Below are positions 13,366-25,668 of a stretch of DNA of 64,000 bases, one piece after another; the stretch's first letter is position 1, and each line of letters opens with the position of its first letter. The stretch comes from Ramazzottius varieornatus (Eukaryota > Animalia > Tardigrada), in the NCBI GenBank assembly GCA_001949185.1, contig BDGG01000003.1, positions 3,641,158-3,705,157 on the forward strand, given 5' to 3'. The position numbers were made by a program, and so were the translations under genes. The notes under the pieces are model-generated. The model saw only the letters and a list, made by a program, of their open reading frames with translations, was not told the origin of the DNA and made no database searches.

Positions 13366-16300
13366 TCAGGGACGCAACAAGTTTTTCTCGGATCGAGATT
13401 CCCATACTTTGTCATCCTCGTTCAGTCCGGCCAGCGTACTTCCGACCACGGGTAGACTGCTGATGTTTCCAAGAGTTCCCGTCCACGCAACAAGTATCAG
13501 AAGGACAGCGAATATGAAAGCAAAGATGGCCAACGCGATCATGCTCTTGTTTCCCTTACGAATACCAAGGAAGAACAGCATGCCAAATAGTTCGAGAAGA
13601 ACCGAGAACAGGAAGAGATTCGTGGCGGTCTTGTGAAGCCGGTTGGGGTCTTCTTTCTTCCGGTAGATGAAGAAAATTTCATACCGCTCGGCCATCTGGT
13701 TCATCAGAAGGTAGAAAAGACCTGCGTGCAGCGGTCACATCAGTTTCAGAAAATTATTAACTGCATGACATTTTTAAGATCGGCAAATGAAACATACAAG
13801 ATCGTTTTCTAAAGTGGCGTAAGCCGCCAGCTGATGAAACGAATATGTGCGCCACTTGGGAGTGAAATCTTGCTGGTTTCGTTTGCCGACTTCCCATTTA
13901 GTGCAGTTGTACTCACCAAATACGGTGAGGTAAGGTATCACGAACGAGTAGACGATTATGATTGCCACTTGGACCAGGTTCGAACTGTAAGTTCTTGCAA
14001 AGCCAAAGGAATCCCTTTTTGACGTTCGTAAGTGGGCCTCGGCATTCGATGGAGCCGTGCACCGAGCAATAGACTTTCTCTGCAGATAAATTCGATGGTA
14101 AAACAGAACTGACCAAATGGGACGTGGGCAAACGAAACGTACAAATGCAAGATCGTATCTCAAGTCGCGCGCACGTCCATCGCAATTGGCTACATCCGTG
14201 CGCCGCTTAAGACAACGACCTTGTGCGTTTCAGTAGCCGGCCTCCAATATAATAACTTCGCCGCGGGATCCGGAAAGAAGCGAAACGGTTTAACTCACCT
14301 GGAGGTCCAGGAGACGAGAGAAAGTGTTACTTGTTCCGAACAGCGCTTGAGAGATAAAGTACGTCACGAAAACGAGGCCTCCATCAGGTAAGAAAACGCA
14401 TCTGAATATACAGAGACAGAGTAGTTGGAACTTGGAAGTGCTGCGGTCAATCGACTCTGCGAGAAACTGACTTACTCCCATCTGAAGGCTAGCGAAGTTG
14501 CGGAGACCCGGAAGTAGTCGAAAAGAGCTTTGGCGCTGGTCAGCCCAAATGTCGGAAGAATCAAAAGCGCGATCAAGCCATAAGCGAAAGTCACGCGCAT
14601 TTTCACCAGCTTCTCCGATATCCTGCTTGCAAAATAAAAACACCGTAGGTGAGAAAACTATGATAGCAAACCTGGAAAAACTCGAGCAACTGACAGGCGT
14701 ACTTGTCGTGATAGCGTGTCCTGTTTATAACAAATTTGGTTAGACCACCGATAATCAGACTAAGCTCCAAGAGTAATAGTGCGGGAATGATTTGGTTTAG
14801 ACCCGGAAACTGGAACAAACCAAGTTTTTAATGCAGAACCAATATATACAGTACTTGCGTAACGTAATATTGCAGTTCGCAGGGTGTGTGAGTGAAGGAT
14901 GCCGAAGGTTGTTGACTTACACTTTGACCGAAGTTGCCGAGCCCGATAATGTTAAGAAGAACCACGGGAGACGTTACGAAGAAGAGAAAAACAAGCAATC
15001 CCAAGTTGAGTAAAATGGCTCTTAGCATCCACCTCCAACCATCAGTGTCAAGGTGTTCCCTGTGGGTGGATCAAATTTTGAAACAATTTTCGTTCTAATT
15101 TCCTTTCAGCTAACAACTTATTCCTCGAATCTGTACATCATCGAGCTTCAACAGACCGGAGTTCACCTACCAGTTGATGAACTGGGGAAAAGGAGCGTAT
15201 TTGGCCGTCCAGAACCTCGTGTTGAGGTCGCCGGAGACCGCAGTCCGTGGACTGAAGAAAGCCTTCCAGAAGTACTTGTAGTGAGAATAGACACTGCAAA
15301 TGAGCCACAAAGCTTCACACAGCCCTCCATTGGCTCTCCAGTGCGAAAGAAGGTACACACTTACTTATCGGCAGCCGTGTCGGTCTCGAAAGTGGCGAAA
15401 AACGTCCTGTTTAGTTTCCGAGGTTCGTCAACCAGGTGTTCAATCTTATTTTCCACTTCCAAACTTCTCGCCGAGTAATACTCAATCGCGTCGACCTGTG
15501 AGCAGAAATTAACGTTTTACTTCGTAAAACGGAAGTTGGACAAGCAAAACGCACAAGATCGATATTTTGAGTGGCGCACCCTCCAACCAACAGCAAAGGA
15601 GACACTGCGCCACTCGAGACAACGATCTTGTACGTTTTGTTTGCCCAGCTTCCAACTCTAGACCGAATTGTCGACTTACGCCAACTACATAGCAGTTGCA
15701 GCAGCATCGGAAACAAAGGTTGTCTGGGTAGTACACTGGACGGTCGTCACCGGGACGATGAAACTTAGAGTAATACATGAGACACGCCCTGCACTTTTGC
15801 CTGCCAAAGAACAAAACCACTTTGAATCTATGAAACTAAAAGGAAACTCGTAGCATACGGTACGTACGAGTATGAAAGAAACTGAGATGACAGAAGGACT
15901 TACAGTTCATTATCCAGTGCCATTAGTTTACTTGCTTTGAAGGACAGCTGGATGTTCTCCACCGGATCATCCGGGTGTCCCACGCTGCAGATAAAGGTGA
16001 CGACGCACATCGCTATCAGTCGAAAGTTCACAAGTATAAAGAGTTGACTCACGCAAAGTGCTGGCGGACTTTTTCTTCCGTGGCTTTCTTTGTTCTCAGG
16101 TTGTTAAACATCAGGGTTTTCGTGGCCACAAACGGCTGCGTGTATCCGCGGAACCTCTGGCCGAACTTCCCCACAAAGTAAAGAGCGAGCGGCATCAAGA
16201 GGATCGAGAACGTTACATGGACCCAGATCAGGTTGGACCTGTAACAGAGATCAACAAGTCTTCTACTGCAAAGAGTTTTAGTCTGGCAATAAGGTAACAC

Positions 16301-17229
16301 GTAGAAGCTATACTTACGTGGGTCTGATGTTGTTGAGGGTTGTCCGCCCGAAGTTAGTTCTGTCCGTGAACATCCGACCACGCAAATTGATCGGTAGCAC
16401 AACCAACGTGGCAGAAAGTGTAACAATGGCGACGAACCATACTATAAGCTCCTGAAACCGCAGATACTGTGCTGCCGTCTTCCCGCAACGTCTTTCGATT
16501 TCTTCCGTCTTCCAAATCCAAACTGCAAAAAAGAGTCTTTCAACACAACTTCACACGCTGCCTCTGTATCATGAAGCCCGCACGTACAGACGGGAAGCCA
16601 GAAGCCAAGCTCGTCCGAAGATGCGTCGCTTATCACATCACCGGAAGACTCGCTAGTACTTGGAGACCCCGATTCCGTGTCGTCATCCATCATACGCTGA
16701 GAGTAAAACCTTTTCACCCAGCTGCAGATGAAAATCTTGTCGTTCAGTGATAATTGCACATCAGTGCAACATACAACTTTATCACAAGAGAAACTTCATT
16801 TTTCGCTTACTCGTCTTCCCCGCTACGTCGTCGAGTCAGCAAACGCTTCTTCGATCTGTTTCGTGAATCCCGGGTGGCAACTAAGCATACCGTCATGCCG
16901 AACTGTAAAGCAGTATAAATTAACCCGATGAAAAATTTATTTTGCAACACATTTCCTACGACAGGTATTATTGCAATTGGGCTTTTGTCCTCTTTGCTTA
17001 CGATAAAAAGAATGGCTGCAACGAGGTAGCTGAGCCCAATCACATAAGAAGCGGCCAGCGTCTCCGTGTGAGTTTGGTCGCACATGCCATCTTCTGGGGA
17101 GACAATCGCCGATAACGTAGTGTTTGAAACGACGGTTGACGTCCCCGTTGGACTGTTCGCCGGAACTGCATAGACAGGGCCGACCATCTGACCGTTTGGT
17201 CCGTAGAGAAATTCGCTGGTTCGATCCAT
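13366..17229 (-). CDS. TMEM63: TMEM63/OSCA (CSC1-like) mechano/osmosensitive channel
   Basis: TKTLMFNNL, WTAKYAPFP(DDVQI)RGI-type motif, LLVFLFFVTSP, CVFLPDGGLVFVTYFISQALFG, FGFARTY and many TM exons. The start codon is uncertain. Confidence 0.85.
13774..13895. repeat. Family A palindrome, TMEM63 last intron
   Basis: Cores at 13811-13822 and 13847-13858, with a 24-bp spacer. Confidence 0.85.
14119..14245. repeat. Family A palindrome, TMEM63 intron
   Basis: Cores at 14161-14172 and 14198-14209, with a 25-bp spacer. The left end is GGGACGTGGGCAAACG. Confidence 0.85.
15531..15653. repeat. Family A palindrome, TMEM63 intron
   Basis: Cores at 15568-15579 and 15605-15616, with a 25-bp spacer. 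Confidence 0.88.
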
Positions 17230-18039
17230 TGCTGCTCACCTAAAAACCAGAGAACCACTCAAGGAATATCTTCACGGACATTCGGTGATACGAATCGTTT
17301 CTGGCATTACTTTGTGGCTAAGGAAGAATACAGAGCAGTGGCAGACTTCTTTCCGAGCGGCATTACCATCTATCAAAGCTTCGTTTAGCCGGAGGGATCG
17401 AAGAATGACAGCCTCCAGCTTTTTCCGCCATGTTACAAAACAGAACAAGCCGGAAGCGACAATGTATAGGCGTTTGAATTTTTCTGCTTCCCAGTATGGC
17501 CCTTTCTGCCATCCACGGACCGCCTGCATTCGTGATCTTTTGGAAGCTTTTTTGCGATAGTAACCGGGTTAGAAACGCCGTCTCCCAGAAAGCACCCTCT
17601 GATTTCACTTCCGGTTGGAAGTATTCTGCAGTGTTCTCCGTACGCTTTGATGGTACTGTGTACGATGCATCTCCGGACAGTATCAATGGCAGTGTCAAAG
17701 TCAAAAGTCTTATGTTATGCAGATTACACATTGAACTAGGAAGGTATTAATCTTAGCGGTCAGCAGATTCCATTCAGTGCAATCAAACGTGATGACACTG
17801 CCAGAGTCTCACGGAGAAATGTTGGCCAGCCACAGCCTCAGTTCTAGTTATTGCTTTCGACCGGCCTTTCCTTTCCGGTGTCAGCAAGATTTCCATTTAG
17901 GCAGATCATGAAATTCGCTTCGGTCCTATTATCCGGAAAGCGAAGTGTGCATAGCTTTCCATTGCCAAAGCACACAAATTCTATACCGTAAGAAGTGCAC
18001 ATACCTCAACATGTCGCTCCAACTACTTTGCCATCTGCC

Positions 18040-19597
18040 ATGGACGACCCCGTCCTCGTTGTCCTGTTGCTTCTGGTGGTAGGAACTTCTGCACAGAGGC
18101 AATGCGGCGTAGTCAGATCCGGTGGCGCGGATCCCTTCGGACTGGCCGCACAGTTCACCGGGACCTTTGTCCCACCGGTCTCTCAGGAAAGACTCTCGAG
18201 AGAGTCTCGCGGAAGGAACCATCCATGGCACTCTTTCTTGGACAATGGCGGAATGGGTTTCCCGAGCGGAGACGACCTCGGTTCAGCATTCCATCAGTTA
18301 ATGTCCATCTTTGCAGGTACGCCAAACTAGAAAATTCGTCGTCCATTTTCAATAGGTGCAAGAAATCTTTTGATGACTCGTGTCTACTCTACTTCTATAA
18401 TTTATACGTTCGTATTGAAGACCTTATGGATTTTGGAGACATATCTACATCATGATCGTTTTTTCTCAGGGAAGAAGAAGAGTCTGCGCATAAGGCGACC
18501 GAAGGAGCCAACTCGACCAACGCGACAGGTGGCGCCAGCAGAGGACCACCTGTTGCACCGAGTGCGCCGGATCGTAGGGGGGTACGATGCAGTACCGGGG
18601 CAATTATGCTGGCAAGTGAAGATTCAGATTGGAACTTACATGGACGAGACTATCTGTGGCGGAAGTATTATTGGGAGCAGGACGATCATTATGGCAGCAC
18701 ATTGCTTGTTCAACGAAGACACAAGGTTCGTCTTCCGGAACCCGAAAGCTCCCCAGAACAGAAACATCTCTCCCTGAGTTACCTGGTAAAAAATCCACAG
18801 TACTGAACCGAAATTTCTTTTACCAGGCGGAGAGTTCCCGATGCTCGGGTGACCGTGATTGTTGGTGGGATGAACCGGGATGTCGGCGAGCCATACGGCG
18901 TGGACCAGACCGGATGCGCGGAGAAGTTTGGCATCCAACAAAGCATCGTCCATCCTGCCTACAATTACGATCTAAACGACAATGATATTGCAGTTCTGAC
19001 TCTGAGTCGGGCCATCGATTTTGAGAGGAAGCCATGCGCATGCTCAATTTGTTTGAGTACCAGACTCCCTCAGCCATCCGAATGGTGTGTGGTTTCCGGG
19101 TTCGGCGAAGAAAGTAATAACGGCAAAAGTATGCAGCCTACCATCACTGAATCTTCTCGCAACGATAAACATTTTCTTGTTTGCCATAGATGATCGAAAT
19201 CCGGTGCCTTTGAAGTGGACTCAGCTGCAAATGAGGAACAATGATTACTCCGGAAACTGCGCGTTCAACAGCTTCACCCGAGGTTCGCGAGCGGGACAGC
19301 GCACTAACGTTGATTTGTTCGTATGTAAGTATCATCTACCTTCTGTTGGACCCTGAAGTCATCAGCTGAGTCTTCTTCCAGGCGCCGGAGCGCAGCGGAA
19401 TCAAGATACCTGTCAAGGAGACAGCGGGGGTCCATTAGTTTGCATAGATCCCACGAAGAATTTGTACTATCAAGCAGGGATTACCTCCTTTGGTGACGAT
19501 TGCGGGACCGGTGTGGGAGGACAATACACAAAAGTTGCGACGTACATTCCTTGGATCCAGACCACTGCGACCCCTGGTGATCTTGTTTCTTCTATAA
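18040..19597 (+). CDS. Secreted trypsin-like (S1A) serine protease
   Basis: Signal peptide, RIVGG activation site, and the catalytic triad motifs AAHC, NDIAVL and [10 protein letters not shown]. Confidence 0.93.
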
Positions 19598-19619
19598 TTT
19601 AAAACTCTTGGCGATCGTA

Positions 19620-19825
19620 CTGTATTCCCTCGATGGTTTCGCGAATCACGTGACGGTCAACGTAGATATTACCCGGCGGGGATGGAAAATGCCTGCGTCT
19701 TCAATCAACGTTTACTCGCCAGTCAAGGTCCGTAATGGGCGACAATCAGACAATCAGTGATGTCAGTGCGGGTATAGTTTACTGGCGTGATGAGGTGATT
19801 TCGCGAAACCATCGAGGGAATACAG
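19620..19825. mobile_element. 206-bp MITE, Tc1/mariner (Tc2/pogo-like) type
   Basis: About 30-bp TIRs (CTGTATTCCCTCGATGGTTTCGCGAA[A]TCAC), flanked by TA on both sides. Confidence 0.85.
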
Positions 19826-20820
19826 TAAGACTTTTGGGGGAAAGAGAAAAATCCTCGAGCCTCATGCCTCTTCTGTGCCGCTCGAACGTCGAAGCTGCTG
19901 TATCTTTCGGTTAATTTCAAACAGAGGTGGTCCAACATAACCGACGCCGTTTCTGGAATCTGTTCTAGCGTGCATAATGCTCGACCAAACCAACAAGACG
20001 AAGTTGAAAAACCGCAACTTGTAAATTTGGTCGGAGAAAATCCCGAAATTCGAAATTTACGCTTTTGTCGCCAAAGGCTTGCCAAAACCTGTTAGGCAAG
20101 ACAATCTCAGAATGCGCGAACAGCTGGGTAGCCCGCCAGAAGCTGGCAAGTAGAACTGGCCGCCGCCGCTCTGCTTTGTAGTCGTGAATGGATCGAAAGT
20201 AAAACGATCGAAAAATGATTGCCACAACCAGAATTGAAGCAAGAGTTTCTCTTCCGACTGCAATGTCGTGGCACTTTATTGGAAAGATTGGCCGTGACGT
20301 AATCATAAAATGCAGTTTTCGCAGTCTGGCACATGTGGATTCTCGGACCCCAGTTGAAACTTTCAAAACGAAACTTTCGGACCCCTTCTATTTATTTCAA
20401 ACGTCAACGCCTCAACGGCTCCGGTTTTCCTCTTTCTTGGAAGATAGGAATTTCCAGAGATCGGCCTCTGTTATCAGCGTTCCTCCTTCGTACGGACGCG
20501 TCGCTTTTCTTCTGCAACAGCGTCAGCTTGTTCGACTCTTCGTTAAAGCGAAGTAAGCATCCACCACTTTGCTAGACGGATCAACGTATCATCGGACCCT
20601 TCGATCCGGTAAATTCTGAAGCTGGTTCTCATACTAAACGTCAGGTATCATGTGCTGTGCTTCTGTCTTCTAGAGTGCTGATGGTCCAGCGTGGGTTTCA
20701 GGGAAGAACGACAGACGAGAGTCTTGGAGATAACGTGCAGCGCTTTCGACTTTGGCTGCATTATCAATCCCCTAATGTTTTGAACTTTCGTTACGTTGAG
20801 TCTTACACTCAAGTCTAAGC

Positions 20821-22172
20821 ATGCCTCGTCCACGAGGTGCTGGAGGCTGGCAGTCGATACCTGGAGGTGGACGTGGTCGTGCTCGAGGTGAAGATGACGA
20901 AGAATCGGTTTCCAGTCGATCGACTGCATCACCAACGCCGTCGCTGAGCCCAACGCCCGAAAGTCTTCGTGTATTGGCGGAAAATCCCCCTAATAGTCAG
21001 AACACCACCGTGTCTTCGGAATCGGAGTCGTCAGAGACTCCCGACGATATGCCAGTTTCCGATAACGAAGAAAACAACACAACGATCGTCCGGGACAGGA
21101 CCGCGAGTCCCATGCGACCTGCTACTCGTACGCTCGAACAACATCTACTCTCTAGACCAAGTTCATATAATTATCTCCAACAGGATCGTTCGATTTGAAG
21201 TTCAAACGGAGTACCTATATCCGTCACCGCTTCATAAATTCTCTTTTCGTAGGTCCAAGACGAGGCACTCCTCGAAGTACAGCTCGAAAATCTACAAACC
21301 CTCGAAAGAATGTTGTCGCTCCACGGGAAACGATGAGACGCACTGACTTTGGCGGTTCTCCGGGAGTTTTGAATATTGACGATAATGGTACGAGTACGTT
21401 CGATTTAGATATATTAATAATTGTGTGAGGTCCGTGATCGAAGCGTATCCTGCTGAAGAAACGGATCTCAAGTGACGCAAGCTTATAGGCAAAAACATTG
21501 AAACCGTGCGCCACTTAGAGTGGCAGCTCTACATGTTTTTTTTCCCGCCTTGTGACGATGTCTTCTGCTCGAATTTCATTACTGGATTGACGACCGGAAG
21601 TCTGACTTTGCTTGCCAATTATTTTCGCAGGGACACCTCCACCACAAGGGAGAACCCCAAGACGTAGTAACGTGGGTGCTTCAGGCAACGCGAAGACTCC
21701 CTCAACATATTCCAAATCGCAGCCCAGTACTGGCCGAAAAGACAGTAACCGCAGCATCCCAAAAGTCTTGAAGCCCACCAGCACACCCAACCGACCTCAG
21801 AAGCCGCCTTCCAAGTCCAGCAAGCCTCCGTACAAGCGCAACCGAGGGGTAAACAAAAAGGTGCTGGGCGGACTACGTCCAGTCGATAGAGAAGTCATGA
21901 GGCTGCAGACTTCGACTGAGCTCTTGCTCAGAAAATTGCCTTTCTCTCGCCTCGTGCGAGAAATATCGCAGAGGATGCCGCAATATCAGAATGGCGCAGG
22001 TGTCAAAATGTGGCAGAGTCAGGCCCTGATGGCTTTACAGGAAGCGGCGGAAGCGTACTTGACAGGGTACTTTGAAGACGCGAACCAGTGCGCTCTTCAC
22101 GCCAAGAGAGTGACGGTAATGCCAAAAGACTTTCAGCTGGTTCAACGTCTTCGTCACAGCGATTTCTTCTAA
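20821..22172 (+). CDS. CENPA: Centromeric histone H3 variant (cenH3/CENP-A-like), about 327 aa, 3 exons
   Basis: Exons 20821-21127, 21253-21387 and 21631-22172 join in frame. The H3 fold has PFSRLVREI (Q68>S), an extended loop 1 and WQSQAL (F84>W). The long tail is unrelated to H3. Confidence 0.85.
21469..21517. repeat. Family A palindrome core, cenH3 intron 2
   Basis: CAAGTGACGCAA-N25-GTGCGCCACTTA. The outer arms are decayed. Confidence 0.75.
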
Positions 22173-23345
22173 GTGATCGTCCTGAAAAAGTTACCCGTCA
22201 AAGTACTTGTTGAAGAGTGTTCTCGGTTTGAGCGAGAGCCGCACCTTTGCTAATTTTAATTTTTGTTTGTAGAAGCCATCATTCCGCTTGATGTGCCCCC
22301 TTTTGATATCTTAGCTTTTCCAGTACCTTTTTGCTCACGAAGCGTGATGCCGTTTTCCTTCCGAAGAAGATGATTATTTATTATGTACATCGGCAACCTT
22401 TAGCAAATCATACTTCATCATTCATTTCAAACGTCCTTTTGTCTGCAGTTCCCAATACGAGGTAAACAACATAATTCGGGCATAGTGGTTTTTCACTCGT
22501 AATTCGGGCATATTTTTTATCAGCTCTTGCTGCGCGTAATGAACTGCTTCTTGTTTCCTGAGGTAGACCGGTCCCTCTTCTCGAGGTTTCAATAGGTTTG
22601 AGAACGACAAAGCGTTGTGGAGCACGGGAATTCGGCCTGGGAGAGGGATGGGTCTGTCCAATGTCAATAAGCCTAATGTTGTATCAACAGGCGTACGATG
22701 AGAGATCAATCAAGCGTTGACGATAATGTTCAAACTTTTCGCGTTGCCCGAATTATGGTGCGAAAATTGGTATGCCAGAATTATGTCGTTTACCTCGTAC
22801 TGTTTGTGTCAAGTTGGATATCTTGAATCGTCTGGTTCGGTATGCTTGCTCTTATTCTAAACTATTATTGTTAAACGGTAAACGTGTTGAAGCAGCGGTT
22901 CGTTGACGACGATCGGAAATCCCTCAGCACTGGGGGTAAATACTCGTGCAGGTGTTTGGGTCCTCGTCCAGGAGTTCAGGGCCGAGAGAACCACAACGTC
23001 CCTTACATGACATGACATTGAACAGAGTGACGGCGGTTGCATCAAAGTATGACATTACACAACATGTGCAAAAGTGACCTATGGAGGGTGAGTTTCCGTT
23101 TACCAGCACGAATATCACGTTTGACTGTGGAGCGCACCCCTTGTATTTAACTGGATGAGGTGCTAGCACCACACCCTTTTTCGTGCGCCGGTGACTTCCA
23201 TCAACCCATTTTGACTTCTTTCAACTTTCGGAAACGGAAAAGCGCCCGATATTTTCCTACGCGAAGACTTACCTTCTTTGTTTCCTTTCGTTCTAGGTTG
23301 TCGACAACTGAGGGAGCTCAACCAGCGTACTGACCAAGAAGTACA

Positions 23346-25191
23346 ATGGCGAAAACGTCATCACACTCCAAGGCCAAGTCTGAGCCAGCGTCGTCCACAA
23401 CGGAACCATCAACCAGTACGACAGCGGAGACGTCCGACTCGCAGGTACAAGACGACGACGTATATCAAGCTGAAGCCGTCATGGACAAGAAGATCACGAA
23501 GGGCAAGCTTCTCTACCTCGTCAAATGGCATGGTACGAGCTTCTTTGGACTGAATATGGCTTGACAGTTGACACGTTAAAGTGCGCCGGCGTGAAGATTT
23601 TGATGTCCATTTCAGCTGATTACTTCTTGCAGGATATCCAAGAAGCCAAAGTACATGGGAACCTTTGGAGAATTTAGTGGGTTGTGAAAGTTTCATTGAA
23701 AAGTTTGAGACAGGTGGAAAGACGAAGGTGGACAAGAGAAAGGCACTAAGTGCTAAGAAAGCAAAAAAGCCAAAGAAAGCTTTCGGCATGTTATAAATTC
23801 TGGTTTCTCCAATATGATCCGCGGTGTATGGTTCTATGGGTGGTTTGACGATTCGATAGGTAAAAGTGCTGCCAAGAAGGAAGCTTCAAAGCCTGAAGAT
23901 GAGGACGAAGAGGAAGACGACACTGCAGGGTCTGCGTCAGTTGATGAGAGCTTAGACAGTACAAAGATTGGTCAGTTGTCAAACTCGGTTCTTGTCTCAT
24001 TTCTAACCTGTATGAACACTGAATAGGTGTCTCACTTGATCTGGTTACATCGACAGGAAATCCAGAAGTGAAAGAAAAAGCAGGCGAGGGAGCGAATGAT
24101 GGCGCAGCGAATAAGTCAGCTGTTTCCAACGAAGGAAGCGATAAGGCAGACCCAAAAGGATCTGTTAGTCCAGTGGAGGTTTCCGCTGAGAATGTCCAGT
24201 CTCAACCGGGTAACCCTACCCCATCCACGTCGGACGGTGCTAATCAGGGGCCGTCTGCGTCTTTGGGAGGTCCTTCGCAGAGCAACAGTTTGGGAAGCGT
24301 CAGTTGGGGGCAGTTTTCCGGCCTGGTCGAAGTGCCACTCGATGCGGAGAGTACTCGGGTATGTCGTATGTAAACTTCCAAACTAACCTGATGTTTGCAC
24401 CAATGACAAATAAAACGTTTCGTCTTGAGTTTTTTTTTGAAATTCGGCAGACGAGATCGGCTCTTTTGCCATGCGCCTGCATACGTAGTATACGTCAGCA
24501 CATGCATGTACCGCGCGTGCGCGAGTAGGCAAATGCTTGCGAGAGTAACCGGGCTCTGGGCAGTTCCTCACAAGTCTTGGGTCACGGCGTAGAGGCAAGT
24601 AGGGGCCGGGGCTTGCCATGTGGAGGCCGAGAATTTTTAAGAAAAACCCGAAACCCTCCCTTGCCCTTCTCAAATTTCATCAGCTGTGCCTACGCTACTG
24701 TATGGCCCAAGACTTCTGGGGGACCTTGCTCACAGCCCAACTGTTGTTAATCGTCCTCTTCCCCATCATTGGGAGCGACTGGCTCGTCGAATAACGCGCA
24801 ATATCTTTTCAGACATCAACAACAGACTCCCTGAGTCTGTAAGTAAACCATAATTTTTCGCTGTCTTCTTTGTAGAAAGCTAGCGATGAGCTGAAGAAGT
24901 ATGGAGCCGAGTCTTTCAAGGTTGTCGGACTGATGACACACCCGGAGTCTGCCGTCACCTCCGTGGTCATGCACTGCGTCAAGCCCTCGGAAAACCAGAA
25001 CTGGATCAAGGCTTACCCATTTGAGGTCGTTAAGGTAGTGTTTTCGGAAAATATCAACTTTTCTTACCGTTTTAAACTTTAAAGTATGACTTGCCGTTTT
25101 GCTCCAGAGAAGTTTTCCAGAGAAATTGCGTGGTTTTTACGATGGAGTGACGAAATCCATTGAAGTTTTGGCAGCTGCAGCTGATTTGTGA
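23346..25191 (+). CDS. HP1-like chromodomain protein with divergent chromo-shadow domain
   Basis: Chromodomain [31 protein letters not shown], a K-rich and acidic hinge, and C-terminal KVVGLM...YPFEVVKRSFPEKLRGFY resembling a shadow domain. Internal exons near 24.7 kb are ambiguous. Confidence 0.75.
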
Positions 25192-25668
25192 AACAGCACG
25201 GATCAACGGATCTTCGCCGGAATTACCGGATCACTAAATCCGTTGACAATCCATGAAGATCACCGGATCCGTTGTGTAACTTCGGTGAAGTTAACGGCTT
25301 ACGGTACTTGTGAGCAAACATTTTTGGTTTTGCGTTCTTTCGTTTGGCTCTTTCGAGACAGCGAAGAAGCTTTCTGCTTTTGCCGTTTTTGTTGTTCTAC
25401 ACAGCCATCCTAGAATCATTCCTTCCCACCCTTCAGTTTTTTCAGTCTACAAGTTTATCTTCGAGCCCTTGTAAGTAAATCTATTGCAAAAGCAACGCAG
25501 TCCAATGTTTGTTCAGCGTTATCGTTCGTACGCTCCGCTTGTGGTTTTCTCTATTGCTGACAAACACTAAAACCGTCTCATGTGTCATGTTCCAGTGTAC
25601 TTGCAACTCGTAAAGATGAGAAGTGAGAATATGCTAAGATGAACCGGGCTGTACAGAGACGTTGGTGG

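Noticed and set aside
5130-17229. ALDH7A1 plus TMEM63 as an osmotic-stress gene cluster
   Set aside because: Both are widespread genes separated by unrelated TMX3 and NUDCD1. The sequence shows no evidence of co-regulation.
17272-17750. Overlapping ORFs upstream of TMEM63 (also 27856-28156, 56960-57400 and 63625-63879)
   Set aside because: No recognisable domains or consistent exon chains. These are likely UTR or intergenic sequence.
25198-25280. Clustered CGGATC/GATCCG short inverted repeats after the HP1-like stop
   Set aside because: The arms are short (about 9 bp) and occur only once, so chance cannot be excluded.
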